From: a bacterium
GTDB lineage: Bacteria > Patescibacteriota > Minisyncoccia > Moranbacterales > UBA2206
Assembly (NCBI GenBank): GCA_021788105.1
Contig: JAJYKZ010000002.1
Span: 3,320-67,319, forward strand
Direction of reading: 5' to 3'
DNA length: 64,000 nt
The notes beneath the pieces were generated by a model. The model made no database searches and was not told the DNA's origin. It worked only from the letters and a program-made list of their open reading frames with translations. The translations under genes were made by a program, and so were the position numbers. Below, in pieces: positions 49,083 to 57,711 of this stretch (the stretch's first letter is position 1; each line of letters starts with the position of its first letter).

Positions 49083-49998
49083 AGTTTTAATAATCGGCGC
49101 CAAAGGAATGCTGGGGCAAGAGTTGATGAAAGTTTTCAAAAAAGATAAAGACTATGAAGTTTTCGGCTGGGATCGGGAAGAGATCGATATCACGAACGAG
49201 AAGGAAGTTAATTCCAAAATCACCAAGCTGAAACCAAAAATAATAATCAATGCGACCGGCTATAATGCGGTTGACAAAGCGGAGGAGCCGAAAGAATTTT
49301 TGCTGGCCAAAAAATTAAACGGCAAAGCGCCGGGAAATTTGGCAAAGCTTTCGGCAAAAATAAGCGCGACTTTTGTGAACTATTCCACGGATTATGTTTT
49401 TGACGGCCAGCCGGAAATTCCGGAACCGGCCGGCTGCACCCATTCCTGCGGCACCTGCGCTCTTCACGAAAATTTCGTTCCGGAAATCGGTTTCGATGAA
49501 GACGCCAAAACCAATCCTTTGAGCAATTACGGAAAATCAAAAGTGCTGGGCGAGAAAGAAGTAAAGAAAAACGGAAAAAAATATTATATCCTTCGTTTGT
49601 CTAAACTTTTCGGCAAGCCGGCCAAATCAGAAGCGGCAAAAAGAAGTTTCTTTGATGTTATGTTAGAAGCAGGTAAGAAAAACAAAGAAGTGAAAGTGGT
49701 GGATGAGGAAACCAGTTGTTTTACTTACGCGCCGGATTTGGCGAAAAAAACCAAAGAAATCATTGAAGCCAAAAAGCCGTACGGCATCTATCACGTTGTG
49801 AATAGCGATCCTTGCACTTGGTACGAGGCTGTTCTAGAATTGTATAAACAGGCTAAGATAAAAACAAAAGTCATTCCGGTAAGCTCAACTGAATTTCCCC
49901 GTCCGGCAGAACGTCCGTACTATTCGGCTCTCATCAATACAAAATTAAATCCGATGCGCAGTTGGAAAGACGCTTTAAAAGAATATTTAAAAAAATAA
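49069..49998 (+). CDS. rmlD: dTDP-4-dehydrorhamnose reductase with Cys-rich insertion
   Basis: GAKGMLG, STDYVFDG, YGKSK, A.RP.YS. Confidence 0.92.
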   Translation: MEKNKVLIIGAKGMLGQELMKVFKKDKDYEVFGWDREEIDITNEKEVNSKITKLKPKIIINATGYNAVDKAEEPKEFLLAKKLNGKAPGNLAKLSAKISATFVNYSTDYVFDGQPEIPEPAGCTHSCGTCALHENFVPEIGFDEDAKTNPLSNYGKSKVLGEKEVKKNGKKYYILRLSKLFGKPAKSEAAKRSFFDVMLEAGKKNKEVKVVDEETSCFTYAPDLAKKTKEIIEAKKPYGIYHVVNSDPCTWYEAVLELYKQAKIKTKVIPVSSTEFPRPAERPYYSALINTKLNPMRSWKDALKEYLKK

Positions 49999-50123
49999 AT
50001 AAATCATTTTTTGTCTCGAATACATTTTTTCTTTTTGCTAAATTGCACTAAATTAAATCGGATTAAAGATTTGCAATTAACGCAAAAAGGGGGAAATATT
50101 CTCGCCCAAAAATTAATTATGTT

Positions 50124-51368
50124 ATGAAAAATTTAAAAAAACAAGATCCGCAAGTTTACAAAGCAGTGCTGGGGGAAATCAAGAGGCAGCAGGAAGGAAT
50201 GGAGTTGATTGCGTCGGAAAATTATGTTTCCGAGGCGGTTTTGGAAGCACTGGGAACGGTTTTTACCAACAAATATTCGGAAGGCTATCCCGGCCGCAGA
50301 TATTACGGCGGACAAGAATATACCGATGTCGTGGAAAACTTGGCGATCGAGCGGGCGAAGAAACTTTTTGGCGCGGAACATGTGAACGTCCAACCGCTTT
50401 CCGGCGCGCCGGCCAATATGATCGCATACAGCGCCGTTCTGAAACCGGGCGACAAAGTTTTGGGAATGGATCTTTCTCACGGCGGCCATTTGACTCATGG
50501 CCATCCCGTGACGCTTTCAGCCAAAGTCTATAATTTTGTCCGCTACAAAACAGATGCTTCCGGAAAAATTGACTATAAGCAATTGGAAGAGATGGCAATT
50601 AAAGAAAAGCCACAAATGATTCTGGCGGGATTTTCCGCATACACTCGGCAATTGGATTACAAAAAATTCCAACAGATTGCCAAGAAAGTCGGCGCAATCA
50701 CGATGATTGACATCGCCCACATCGCAGGACTCATTGCCGGCCAAGCCGTTCCAAACCCGGTGCCGTATTTCGATATCGTCACGACGACCACTCACAAAAC
50801 TTTGCGCGGACCGCGCGGGGGAATGATTCTTTGCAAAAAGAAATATGCCGAGGCGATCGACAAAGCGGCCTTTCCAGGATTCCAAGGCGGGCCGCATATG
50901 AATAATGTCGCGGCCAAAGCGGTGGCATTCGGCGAAGCCCTGAAGCCTAGTTTTAAAAATTATGCCAAACAAGTGATCAAGAACGCCAAAGTTTTGGAAG
51001 TCGAACTTATGAAATACGGATTCAAAATTATGTTCGGCGGAACCGAAAACCATATGGTTCTGGTTGATGTTTTTGGTTCGAAAGGCGTTTCCGGCAAAGA
51101 GGCGGAGAAGGCGTTGGACAAAGTTGGTATCACGATTAATAAAAATATGATTCCGGATGATCCGCGAAAACCGATGGATCCGAGCGGCGTGCGTATCGGC
51201 GTGCCGGCAATTACGACGCGCGGAATGAAAGAAAAAGAAGTGAAGATGATTGCCAACTGGATCAATGCGGCCATTGAAAGCCATGACAACGAGAAAGTGC
51301 TGAAAGAAATTCACCAGGCGGTCATAAATCTTTGCAAAAAATTTCCAATTTACAAAAATTTAAAATAA
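50124..51368 (+). CDS. glyA: Serine hydroxymethyltransferase
   Basis: LIASEN, EGYPGRRYYGG, GGHLTHG, TTTHKTLRGPRGG. Confidence 0.99.
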   Translation: MKNLKKQDPQVYKAVLGEIKRQQEGMELIASENYVSEAVLEALGTVFTNKYSEGYPGRRYYGGQEYTDVVENLAIERAKKLFGAEHVNVQPLSGAPANMIAYSAVLKPGDKVLGMDLSHGGHLTHGHPVTLSAKVYNFVRYKTDASGKIDYKQLEEMAIKEKPQMILAGFSAYTRQLDYKKFQQIAKKVGAITMIDIAHIAGLIAGQAVPNPVPYFDIVTTTTHKTLRGPRGGMILCKKKYAEAIDKAAFPGFQGGPHMNNVAAKAVAFGEALKPSFKNYAKQVIKNAKVLEVELMKYGFKIMFGGTENHMVLVDVFGSKGVSGKEAEKALDKVGITINKNMIPDDPRKPMDPSGVRIGVPAITTRGMKEKEVKMIANWINAAIESHDNEKVLKEIHQAVINLCKKFPIYKNLK

Positions 51369-52186
51369 TGAGTACAGGAAATAAAAAAATGAAAGGAATA
51401 ATTTTATCCGGCGGAACGGCGACAAGGCTTTTTCCGTTGACCGCGACTACCTCCAAGCAGTTGTTGCCGGTTTACAATAAGCAGATGATTTTTTATCCTC
51501 TCAATACTTTAATTAAGGCCGGAATCAAAGACATTTTAATTATTGTGACTCCCGAACACAGCGGCCAGTATCTTAATTTGCTTGGTTCCACTTTCAAAAA
51601 ACACGGCATTAACATTTATTTTGAAGTTCAGAAAATTCCGCGCGGTCTGGCCGACGCTTTCATTTTGGGAGAGGGATTTATCGGAAAAGATTGCGCTACA
51701 ATGATTTTGGGCGACAACATCTTCGAAGATGACTTTTCGGACGCCATTAAAAATTTTCAATCCGGCGGACATGTTTTTGCCAAAAAAGTTTCCGATCCGG
51801 AAAGGTTCGGCGTGGTGAAATTTGATGAAGCTGGCAGGGCGGTTCAGATTGTGGAAAAGCCGCAGGAGTGGATTAGTGACTATGCAGTGACCGGTCTTTA
51901 CATTTATGATAACCGCGTGATTGAAGCGGCCAAGGGCACCCAGCCGTCCGAGCGGGGAGAGATCGAGATAACCTCGCTCCACAACTATTATCTTGAAAAA
52001 GGCGAACTTAAAGTCAGCACTTTTAACGGAGAGTGGCTGGACGCGGGAACTTTCGATACTCTCCTGGAGGCCGGAAAGATTGTCAAAGAAAAAAAGATTT
52101 ATGAAAATTTCGATCCGATGATTGATAAGGCAATCGAAGAGTTCAATGCGGATTTGAAAGCTTTGGCAAAAAAAAGACTTCTGTAA
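51368..52186 (+). CDS. rmlA: Glucose-1-phosphate thymidylyltransferase
   Basis: GGTATRLFPLT, SKQLLPVY, LGDN, EKP, RGEIEIT, WLDAGT; TAATG overlap with glyA. Confidence 0.93.
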   Translation: MSTGNKKMKGIILSGGTATRLFPLTATTSKQLLPVYNKQMIFYPLNTLIKAGIKDILIIVTPEHSGQYLNLLGSTFKKHGINIYFEVQKIPRGLADAFILGEGFIGKDCATMILGDNIFEDDFSDAIKNFQSGGHVFAKKVSDPERFGVVKFDEAGRAVQIVEKPQEWISDYAVTGLYIYDNRVIEAAKGTQPSERGEIEITSLHNYYLEKGELKVSTFNGEWLDAGTFDTLLEAGKIVKEKKIYENFDPMIDKAIEEFNADLKALAKKRLL

Positions 52187-52192
52187 TTTAAC

Positions 52193-52223
52193 CAGCTCTG
52201 ATTTCGATCAGGGCTGATTTTTT
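52193..52223 (+). terminator. Intrinsic terminator
   Basis: CAGCTCTGAT-ttcg-ATCAGGGCTG + T-run. Confidence 0.7.
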
Positions 52224-52241
52224 AAACTAACGAACAAGAAT

Positions 52242-53108
52242 ATGAAAATCAAAAAAGCAATTTTGCCGGTCGCTGGTTTTGGAACGAGATTTTTGCCGGC
52301 TACCAAATCCCAGCCGAAAGAAATGCTTCCGGTCGTGGACAAACCGGTTATTCAATATTTGGTTGAAGAGGCGGTTGAGTCGGGAATTGAGGAAATTATT
52401 TTTGTTACCGGGCGCGGCAAGCGCGCCATCGAAGATCATTTCGATGTTTCCTATGAGCTGGAAGACACGCTGGTGGAGAAAAACAAGCATGATCTTCTGG
52501 AAGCGGTACGAACAATTTCCGGTTTGGCAAAATTTTCTTATGTCCGACAGCCGATGCCGCTGGGCGATGGACATGCCATTCTGCAAGCCGCGCACATCGT
52601 GGATAATGAACCAGTCCTGGTCCTCTTTGGCGATTGTCTTTATGACAGCAAGGTGCCGGCCTCCAAGCAGTTGGTCGAGACGTACGAAAAGTACGGTGAC
52701 AGCGTGATCGGACTCAGCCACGTGGAAAAAGAAGAAGTTTCCAAATTCGGAGTGATTGAAGGAATTTCTTTGGGAGAAAATAATTTCGAGGTAAAGAATA
52801 TCGTCGAGAAACCGAAGCCGGAAGACGCCAAATCGGATATGGTGGCGGTCGGGAAATATATCATCACGCCGGAAGTGATGGAGGTTTTGGCAACAATGAA
52901 ACACGGCAAATCCGGAGAAATCAGATTGGCTGATGCGTTTGAGATTATGCTTGGCAATAACCGCCCGCTTTACGGAAAAGTTTTGGACGGCGAATGGCTC
53001 GACACGGGTGATAAATTCAACTTTCTCAAAGCCTCGATCAAACTCGGTCTGAAGCATCCGGAAATCGGAGAGAAGCTTAAAAATTTTCTAGGAGAACTAA
53101 AAGATTAA
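52242..53108 (+). CDS. galU: UTP-glucose-1-phosphate uridylyltransferase
   Basis: AGFGTRFLPATK..PKEMLP, RGKRAIEDHFD, VEKP, GEIRLAD. Confidence 0.96.
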   Translation: MKIKKAILPVAGFGTRFLPATKSQPKEMLPVVDKPVIQYLVEEAVESGIEEIIFVTGRGKRAIEDHFDVSYELEDTLVEKNKHDLLEAVRTISGLAKFSYVRQPMPLGDGHAILQAAHIVDNEPVLVLFGDCLYDSKVPASKQLVETYEKYGDSVIGLSHVEKEEVSKFGVIEGISLGENNFEVKNIVEKPKPEDAKSDMVAVGKYIITPEVMEVLATMKHGKSGEIRLADAFEIMLGNNRPLYGKVLDGEWLDTGDKFNFLKASIKLGLKHPEIGEKLKNFLGELKD

Positions 53109-53155
53109 ACTAAACCACGGCGAATTCCAAATAAAACAAGCCTTTTATCTCTAGC

Positions 53156-53185
53156 TTACTACCGTATTCTAGTATACGGTAGTAA
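53156..53185. repeat. 30-bp palindrome copy 1 (candidate operator or recombination site)
   Basis: TTACTACCGTAT-TCTAGT-ATACGGTAGTAA, perfect 12-bp arms. Confidence 0.9.
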
Positions 53186-53213
53186 GTAAAAATCAACATA
53201 AAAACAAAAAAAG

Positions 53214-53648
53214 ATGGCGGGAAAAGTGAAATATCACGAACTGTCGGAAAATGAAAAGAAAAAATATCTGGGAGATTTTTATTCGATGGTGGCTTCGTTG
53301 CAAGATCGCGATGAAGTAAAAAATTTTTTCAAAGATCTTCTGACTTTGAGCGAGATTGTTATGATTTCCCGCCGGATTCAGATTGCGCGGATGCTTTTGG
53401 AAAATAAGACGCATGAAGAAATTAGAAGAACCCTGAAGGTCGGTTTTAATAATATCAGCCAAGTGGAGAGATGGTTGTACAACGGTTTCGGAGGATACAA
53501 AACGACGGTTGGAAAATATAATAAAAAACAAAAGCAGAAAGAACGGGATGCGTTTGAGAAATACGGCTATCCTGCTTTTTCTAAAGATTGGGTCCGCAAA
53601 AAATATCCATTACACTATTTGTTGACCAATATGCTGAATAAAAAATAA
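53214..53648 (+). CDS. YerC/YecD family TrpR-related repressor
   Basis: FFKDLLT.SE..MISRR.QIA.ML, HTH, GFGGY. Confidence 0.9.
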   Translation: MAGKVKYHELSENEKKKYLGDFYSMVASLQDRDEVKNFFKDLLTLSEIVMISRRIQIARMLLENKTHEEIRRTLKVGFNNISQVERWLYNGFGGYKTTVGKYNKKQKQKERDAFEKYGYPAFSKDWVRKKYPLHYLLTNMLNKK

Positions 53649-53656
53649 ATTTTATA

Positions 53657-53686
53657 ATACTACCGTATTCTAGTATATGGTAGTAA
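53657..53686. repeat. 30-bp palindrome copy 2
   Basis: ATACTACCGTATTCTAGTATATGGTAGTAA, 2 differences from copy 1. Confidence 0.9.
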
Positions 53687-53706
53687 GTAAGATTAAACAT
53701 AAAATT

Positions 53707-54786
53707 ATGTTAGAACAATTTGATTTCTCAAAAATTGAAGATCAGAAAAAGTTTGAAAAATTTCCAAAACAAGAAAAGGAGAAAAATGTTGATGATGCCC
53801 ATAAAGAAGCTCTGGGTATAAAAGAATTTGCAACCGAACTTGTCAGACGCAAGGGAAAATCTTTAGTTTTGGCTCAAGATTATGAAAATGCAATTGATTC
53901 TATTGGTTGGATAGATTATGGATTTGACGCATATGAAGAAACTGAAGCTGAGAATAAAATCAATGAATTGACTGAAGAATTACCTCCAGAGATTATAGAT
54001 TCGATAATGGATAAAGTTCAAGATTTAAATCGAAAAGGGGTTATATATACCAATTTAAGATCACATATAAATTCTCATAACAATTCTAATAAATCTTACG
54101 ATACAAAAACAGAATTTAGAAAAACGATGCAAGAAGGGCTTCTTGGAAAAAATTTTATTGATCGGGGTGAAGTTACAAAAGAATTATGGGCAAAACATGT
54201 TAGAGATAAGGAGTGGAAAGGTCAATGGCGTGGAGCTGGTATATGGTTTAATATTGTGGGAAGAGTGGCTCCAAATTTTATAGATGATCAGTTGTTGGAA
54301 TATGATACAAAAAAGGACATTGTACGTTCTCCGTTAACGATTTTTAAAACAGGAGAAAGTTACGGCAATGGTTTGCCGACGTTAATTTTTGAATTGCCTA
54401 ATAGTAAGGAAGTAAATGAGATAAATGAGTTTGGATGGAGAAATGAGAGTGGATATAATAATTATAGAGTTATGGAAGAACGAAAAGTAAATAAGTATGG
54501 GGTTAATAATAAAAATGAAGAGTTAGTGGATCCTAGTCATGGTTTTGTGCTAACAGGACGGGTAGCGCCTAGATTTTTTAAAGGTCTAATAGTAGAAAAT
54601 TCAGCCTATAGTTGTTATCCATTTTTAGTTAATATGGCAGAAGTCAATAAAAATAATCCTAAAAATCTATTTCCAGTATACAATGAATTTGGAGATTTAC
54701 TTTGGCCAAAAAAGTTAAGCTATGAAGAAGTTAAAAAACAAATAGCCGAAAAAGAACAGATCAAAAAAGAACATACTGAAAAATAA
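53707..54786 (+). CDS. AT-rich hypothetical protein
   Basis: Long open frame; ATG 53707 preferred because 53677 lies inside the palindrome. Confidence 0.8.
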   Translation: MLEQFDFSKIEDQKKFEKFPKQEKEKNVDDAHKEALGIKEFATELVRRKGKSLVLAQDYENAIDSIGWIDYGFDAYEETEAENKINELTEELPPEIIDSIMDKVQDLNRKGVIYTNLRSHINSHNNSNKSYDTKTEFRKTMQEGLLGKNFIDRGEVTKELWAKHVRDKEWKGQWRGAGIWFNIVGRVAPNFIDDQLLEYDTKKDIVRSPLTIFKTGESYGNGLPTLIFELPNSKEVNEINEFGWRNESGYNNYRVMEERKVNKYGVNNKNEELVDPSHGFVLTGRVAPRFFKGLIVENSAYSCYPFLVNMAEVNKNNPKNLFPVYNEFGDLLWPKKLSYEEVKKQIAEKEQIKKEHTEK

Positions 54787-54795
54787 CTTATGTTT

Positions 54796-54825
54796 TTACT
54801 ACCGCATTCTAGTATACGATAGTAA
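54796..54825. repeat. 30-bp palindrome copy 3
   Basis: TTACTACCGCATTCTAGTATACGATAGTAA, 2 differences from copy 1. Confidence 0.9.
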
Positions 54826-54861
54826 ATGTAAGTTTGATTTTTTAAACTCAAAAAAATAATA

Positions 54862-55992
54862 ATGAAAATTGCCATCCAAGCGGCGGATCTTGATGCTTCG
54901 CGCATCGACGGCACGCGGGTCTATATCTTGAATCTTTTGAAACATTTCGGCAAACTGGATCCGGCCAGCGAGTTTTTGATTTACCATAAAAAAAATTTCA
55001 ATCCGGAACTCATGCCGCCGGATTTTTCCAATTACAAAATCAAACAGAAGTCTTTTCCATTCGCCTGGACGCAGACGCGCTTCGCATTTGAGATTTGGAA
55101 AGAGCGGCCAAACGCGCTTTGGATGCCGATGCATGCTTTGCCGGCGCTCCGCCGAAAAAATTTAAAGACCGTCGTGACGATCCATGATCTGGCGTTTAAA
55201 TATTTTCCCGATCATTTTCCCAAAGAAGATTTGCGCAAATTAAATTTGTTTACGGATTTTGCGGTGAAAAATGCGACGAAGCTCATCGCTATCTCCGAAG
55301 CGACTAAAAGGGATATATTGAAATTTTATCCGGAAGCGGAAGAAGAAAAAATAAGAGTGATTCATCACGGTTTCGATCCGGAAGTTTTTTCCCGGTCGCG
55401 CGAACTCGAGAAAGAAAATGAAATCAAAAAGCGTTTGGAAATTACCAAACCGTACATTTTATATATCGGCGCAATCCAGCCGCGCAAAAATTTAGAAACC
55501 TTGATCAAAGCTTTTGAAAAACTTAAAAGCCAAGCACAAAAGGAGCTAAGCTCCTTGAAAGATCTGCAATTGGTTTTGGTCGGAGAAAAAGCCTGGTTAA
55601 GCGAGACGACAGTCAAAAAAGCTCAAAACAGTCTATTTTCAATGGATATTAAGATGCCCGGAAAGCTCAAATTTGACGATTTGGGGCATCTTACCAGGGG
55701 AGCTGACATCTTTGCTTTCACGGCGCTTTACGAGGGTTTTGGGATTCCAATTTTGGAAGCGTTCGCGGCCGGTGTGCCAGTCGTCTGCGCTAAAAATTCC
55801 AGTTTGCCGGAAGTGGCCGGGGAGGCGGCGTTATTTTTTGAAAAAGGGGCGGAAGAATTGGCCGGGCAGATCAAAAAAGTTTTGGAAGATGAAAATTTGC
55901 GCCAGGATTTGATTGCCAAAGGCAAGGACCAGATCAAAAAATTCTCTTGGGAAAAATGCGCCCGGGAAACTTTGAAATATATTAAAGATTGA
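54862..55992 (+). CDS. GT4 glycosyltransferase
   Basis: DGTRVY, TIHDL, QPRKN, EGFGIPILEAF. Confidence 0.94.
   Translation: MKIAIQAADLDASRIDGTRVYILNLLKHFGKLDPASEFLIYHKKNFNPELMPPDFSNYKIKQKSFPFAWTQTRFAFEIWKERPNALWMPMHALPALRRKNLKTVVTIHDLAFKYFPDHFPKEDLRKLNLFTDFAVKNATKLIAISEATKRDILKFYPEAEEEKIRVIHHGFDPEVFSRSRELEKENEIKKRLEITKPYILYIGAIQPRKNLETLIKAFEKLKSQAQKELSSLKDLQLVLVGEKAWLSETTVKKAQNSLFSMDIKMPGKLKFDDLGHLTRGADIFAFTALYEGFGIPILEAFAAGVPVVCAKNSSLPEVAGEAALFFEKGAEELAGQIKKVLEDENLRQDLIAKGKDQIKKFSWEKCARETLKYIKD
55540..55556. repeat. Intragenic palindromic unit AAGGAGCTAAGCTCCTT
   Basis: Same AGGAGCTAAGCTCCT core as the element at 61433. Confidence 0.7.
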
Positions 55993-55993
55993 C

Positions 55994-56398
55994 TTACTCC
56001 TCAAAAAATAAAGTATTGTACAGTAATATAAAAATAGCAATTGTTGAAACGGTGGTGATGATAATTTCAAAAATTCCCATTCCCTGTTGGGCGCTGGCAA
56101 TCAGCGCGACCGCAATCAAAAACAGCAGAAGCACAAACTTGTTTTTAATAATTTCTTTTCCTTTCGGCAAGTTGTAGGTGATATTGTTTCGCTTGCCAAT
56201 GTAAGCGACGACTGCGATCAGGGCGAAAAGAATAATGATTGCTTTTGTGAAACTTAAATGAGAGGTGAGAAATCCCGGCAAAATGCTTTCCGAAACCAGC
56301 AGCGCGAAAAAAATGACAAGCCACAAAAAAAGCAGATCGTGCAGGAATTTATAGAGCAGCAGTTCAAGCTGTTTTTTTGTTTTAGTTGGAATTCGCAT
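55994..56398 (-). CDS. Four-TM hypothetical membrane protein
   Basis: Hydrophobic segments; last gene of a minus-strand trio. Confidence 0.78.
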   Translation of the reverse strand: MRIPTKTKKQLELLLYKFLHDLLFLWLVIFFALLVSESILPGFLTSHLSFTKAIIILFALIAVVAYIGKRNNITYNLPKGKEIIKNKFVLLLFLIAVALIASAQQGMGIFEIIITTVSTIAIFILLYNTLFFEE

Positions 56399-57704
56399 GG
56401 CCGAATTTTGCTAAAATATTATGTTTGATTCCGGAAAGAGTATCGCGCATATTGCTCCAGTTGATGTCGCGGCTGAAGTCTGCCGAGATTTCCGAAAGAG
56501 TGTTGCCGACAGTTCCGGCCATTTCCAGTTGGTAGTAATTTCCCGGGAAAGAAGCAAGGTTTGCAACCGGAATGCTGCAATGATATTCCGAAGAAAAAAG
56601 CGAAAAGCTCTTTTTGAGCCGGCAAGAATCGAAATTCAAACTGCGGCTGTCAACCATGATCGGCGCGGAGCTTCTTGTGTAGGCTTTCAAAATATCGGCG
56701 CCTTTTATTTCCTCTTTCTGATTGTTCTCAATCAAATAATATTTCCCGGTCGCGCTATCCGAAAAAACCGTGCCATTGGGATGCGGGTCGTTCATTGTGA
56801 ACAGTTGCGCGTGCTGGTATTGGTAAAAACTTATTTCATCCTCGCCGGACGGAATGATGTTGCTCCAACTGTAGCCGAGCGCGAGGAAAGTGTTCGGATT
56901 ATCAAAAGCCCGGACAGTGTTTCCCGAAACGACGAAAACCGTGCCGCCGAAAGAAAGCAGCGTGCCGTCGGCAAAACCGATTTGATTCTGGCTTGTTTGA
57001 TAGCCGGAGAGAAATGAACTGTCTTTGACAATGGCCGCAGTTTGGCTGTAGCGGGATTTAAAAGCGTTGCCGCTCAAAAAAGGAACAAGCGCGTTGCCAT
57101 TTTGAAGCTGGTAATAATTATTATCTATTGAAAACAACGAGCCGTCCGGATAGGATGCGCCGTTCGTAATATTGCCGCCCTTTTTATTGTAGGTCAATTC
57201 GTCTGCCGTAACGCCGGTAAACGAACGGGATGCGTAGCCCAGCTCTTGGGCAACAGCAAGAGAGGAAAATTTCCTAAGCGCGCCGTCGGAAATAATGTAA
57301 TAACCGCCGTTGTTTTGCAGCAAGCTTCCGTCCGGAAAAACGGCTGGCTGGGCGGATTCGGGATAGGCGAAGGCTTTGTAAGTTTTCCTGATTTTGACGG
57401 TGTTGTTGCTGAAGTTCAATTTTTTCGTATTGGGTGAAAGCGTAATGCCGGCGCGGGAAAAATTTTCCGGAGAAAAAATATCGGAAGTCAGCAGTCCCGC
57501 TCCTCCGGAGACATTGAATATGGTATTTTTATTGGAATTGGGATTAGAAAAATCAAAAGAAAAAAGTTGCGAAGGAAAAAGAATGAGATAGATGGCATAA
57601 ATTCCCGCACAAACGGCCAAAAGATACAAGACCAGGCGGGAATACGAATATCTTTTCTGCCACTGGGGTTCAAGCGCTACGTTTTTGGTAAAATCAAATT
57701 TCAT
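56382..57704 (-). CDS. Membrane-anchored surface protein with four ~60-aa (P/A)(D/N)G(S/T)L-type repeats
   Basis: PDGSLL, PDGSLF, ADGTLL, PNGTVF each followed by an aromatic strand and helix. Confidence 0.8.
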   Translation of the reverse strand: MKFDFTKNVALEPQWQKRYSYSRLVLYLLAVCAGIYAIYLILFPSQLFSFDFSNPNSNKNTIFNVSGGAGLLTSDIFSPENFSRAGITLSPNTKKLNFSNNTVKIRKTYKAFAYPESAQPAVFPDGSLLQNNGGYYIISDGALRKFSSLAVAQELGYASRSFTGVTADELTYNKKGGNITNGASYPDGSLFSIDNNYYQLQNGNALVPFLSGNAFKSRYSQTAAIVKDSSFLSGYQTSQNQIGFADGTLLSFGGTVFVVSGNTVRAFDNPNTFLALGYSWSNIIPSGEDEISFYQYQHAQLFTMNDPHPNGTVFSDSATGKYYLIENNQKEEIKGADILKAYTRSSAPIMVDSRSLNFDSCRLKKSFSLFSSEYHCSIPVANLASFPGNYYQLEMAGTVGNTLSEISADFSRDINWSNMRDTLSGIKHNILAKFGHANSN

Positions 57705-57711
57705 CTTGTTG

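Noticed and set aside
49411..49490. Radical-SAM enzyme call from CxxxCxxC
   Set aside because: The motif sits in a short loop of an otherwise complete SDR (RmlD); no radical-SAM barrel
49999..50123. ZTP, THF or glycine riboswitch upstream of glyA
   Set aside because: AT-rich gap with none of the conserved cores I could recognise
53156..54825. 30-bp palindromes as CRISPR repeats or classic integron attC sites
   Set aside because: Separated by whole genes (0.5 and 1.1 kb); no GTTRRRY/RYYYAAC ends and no integrase in view
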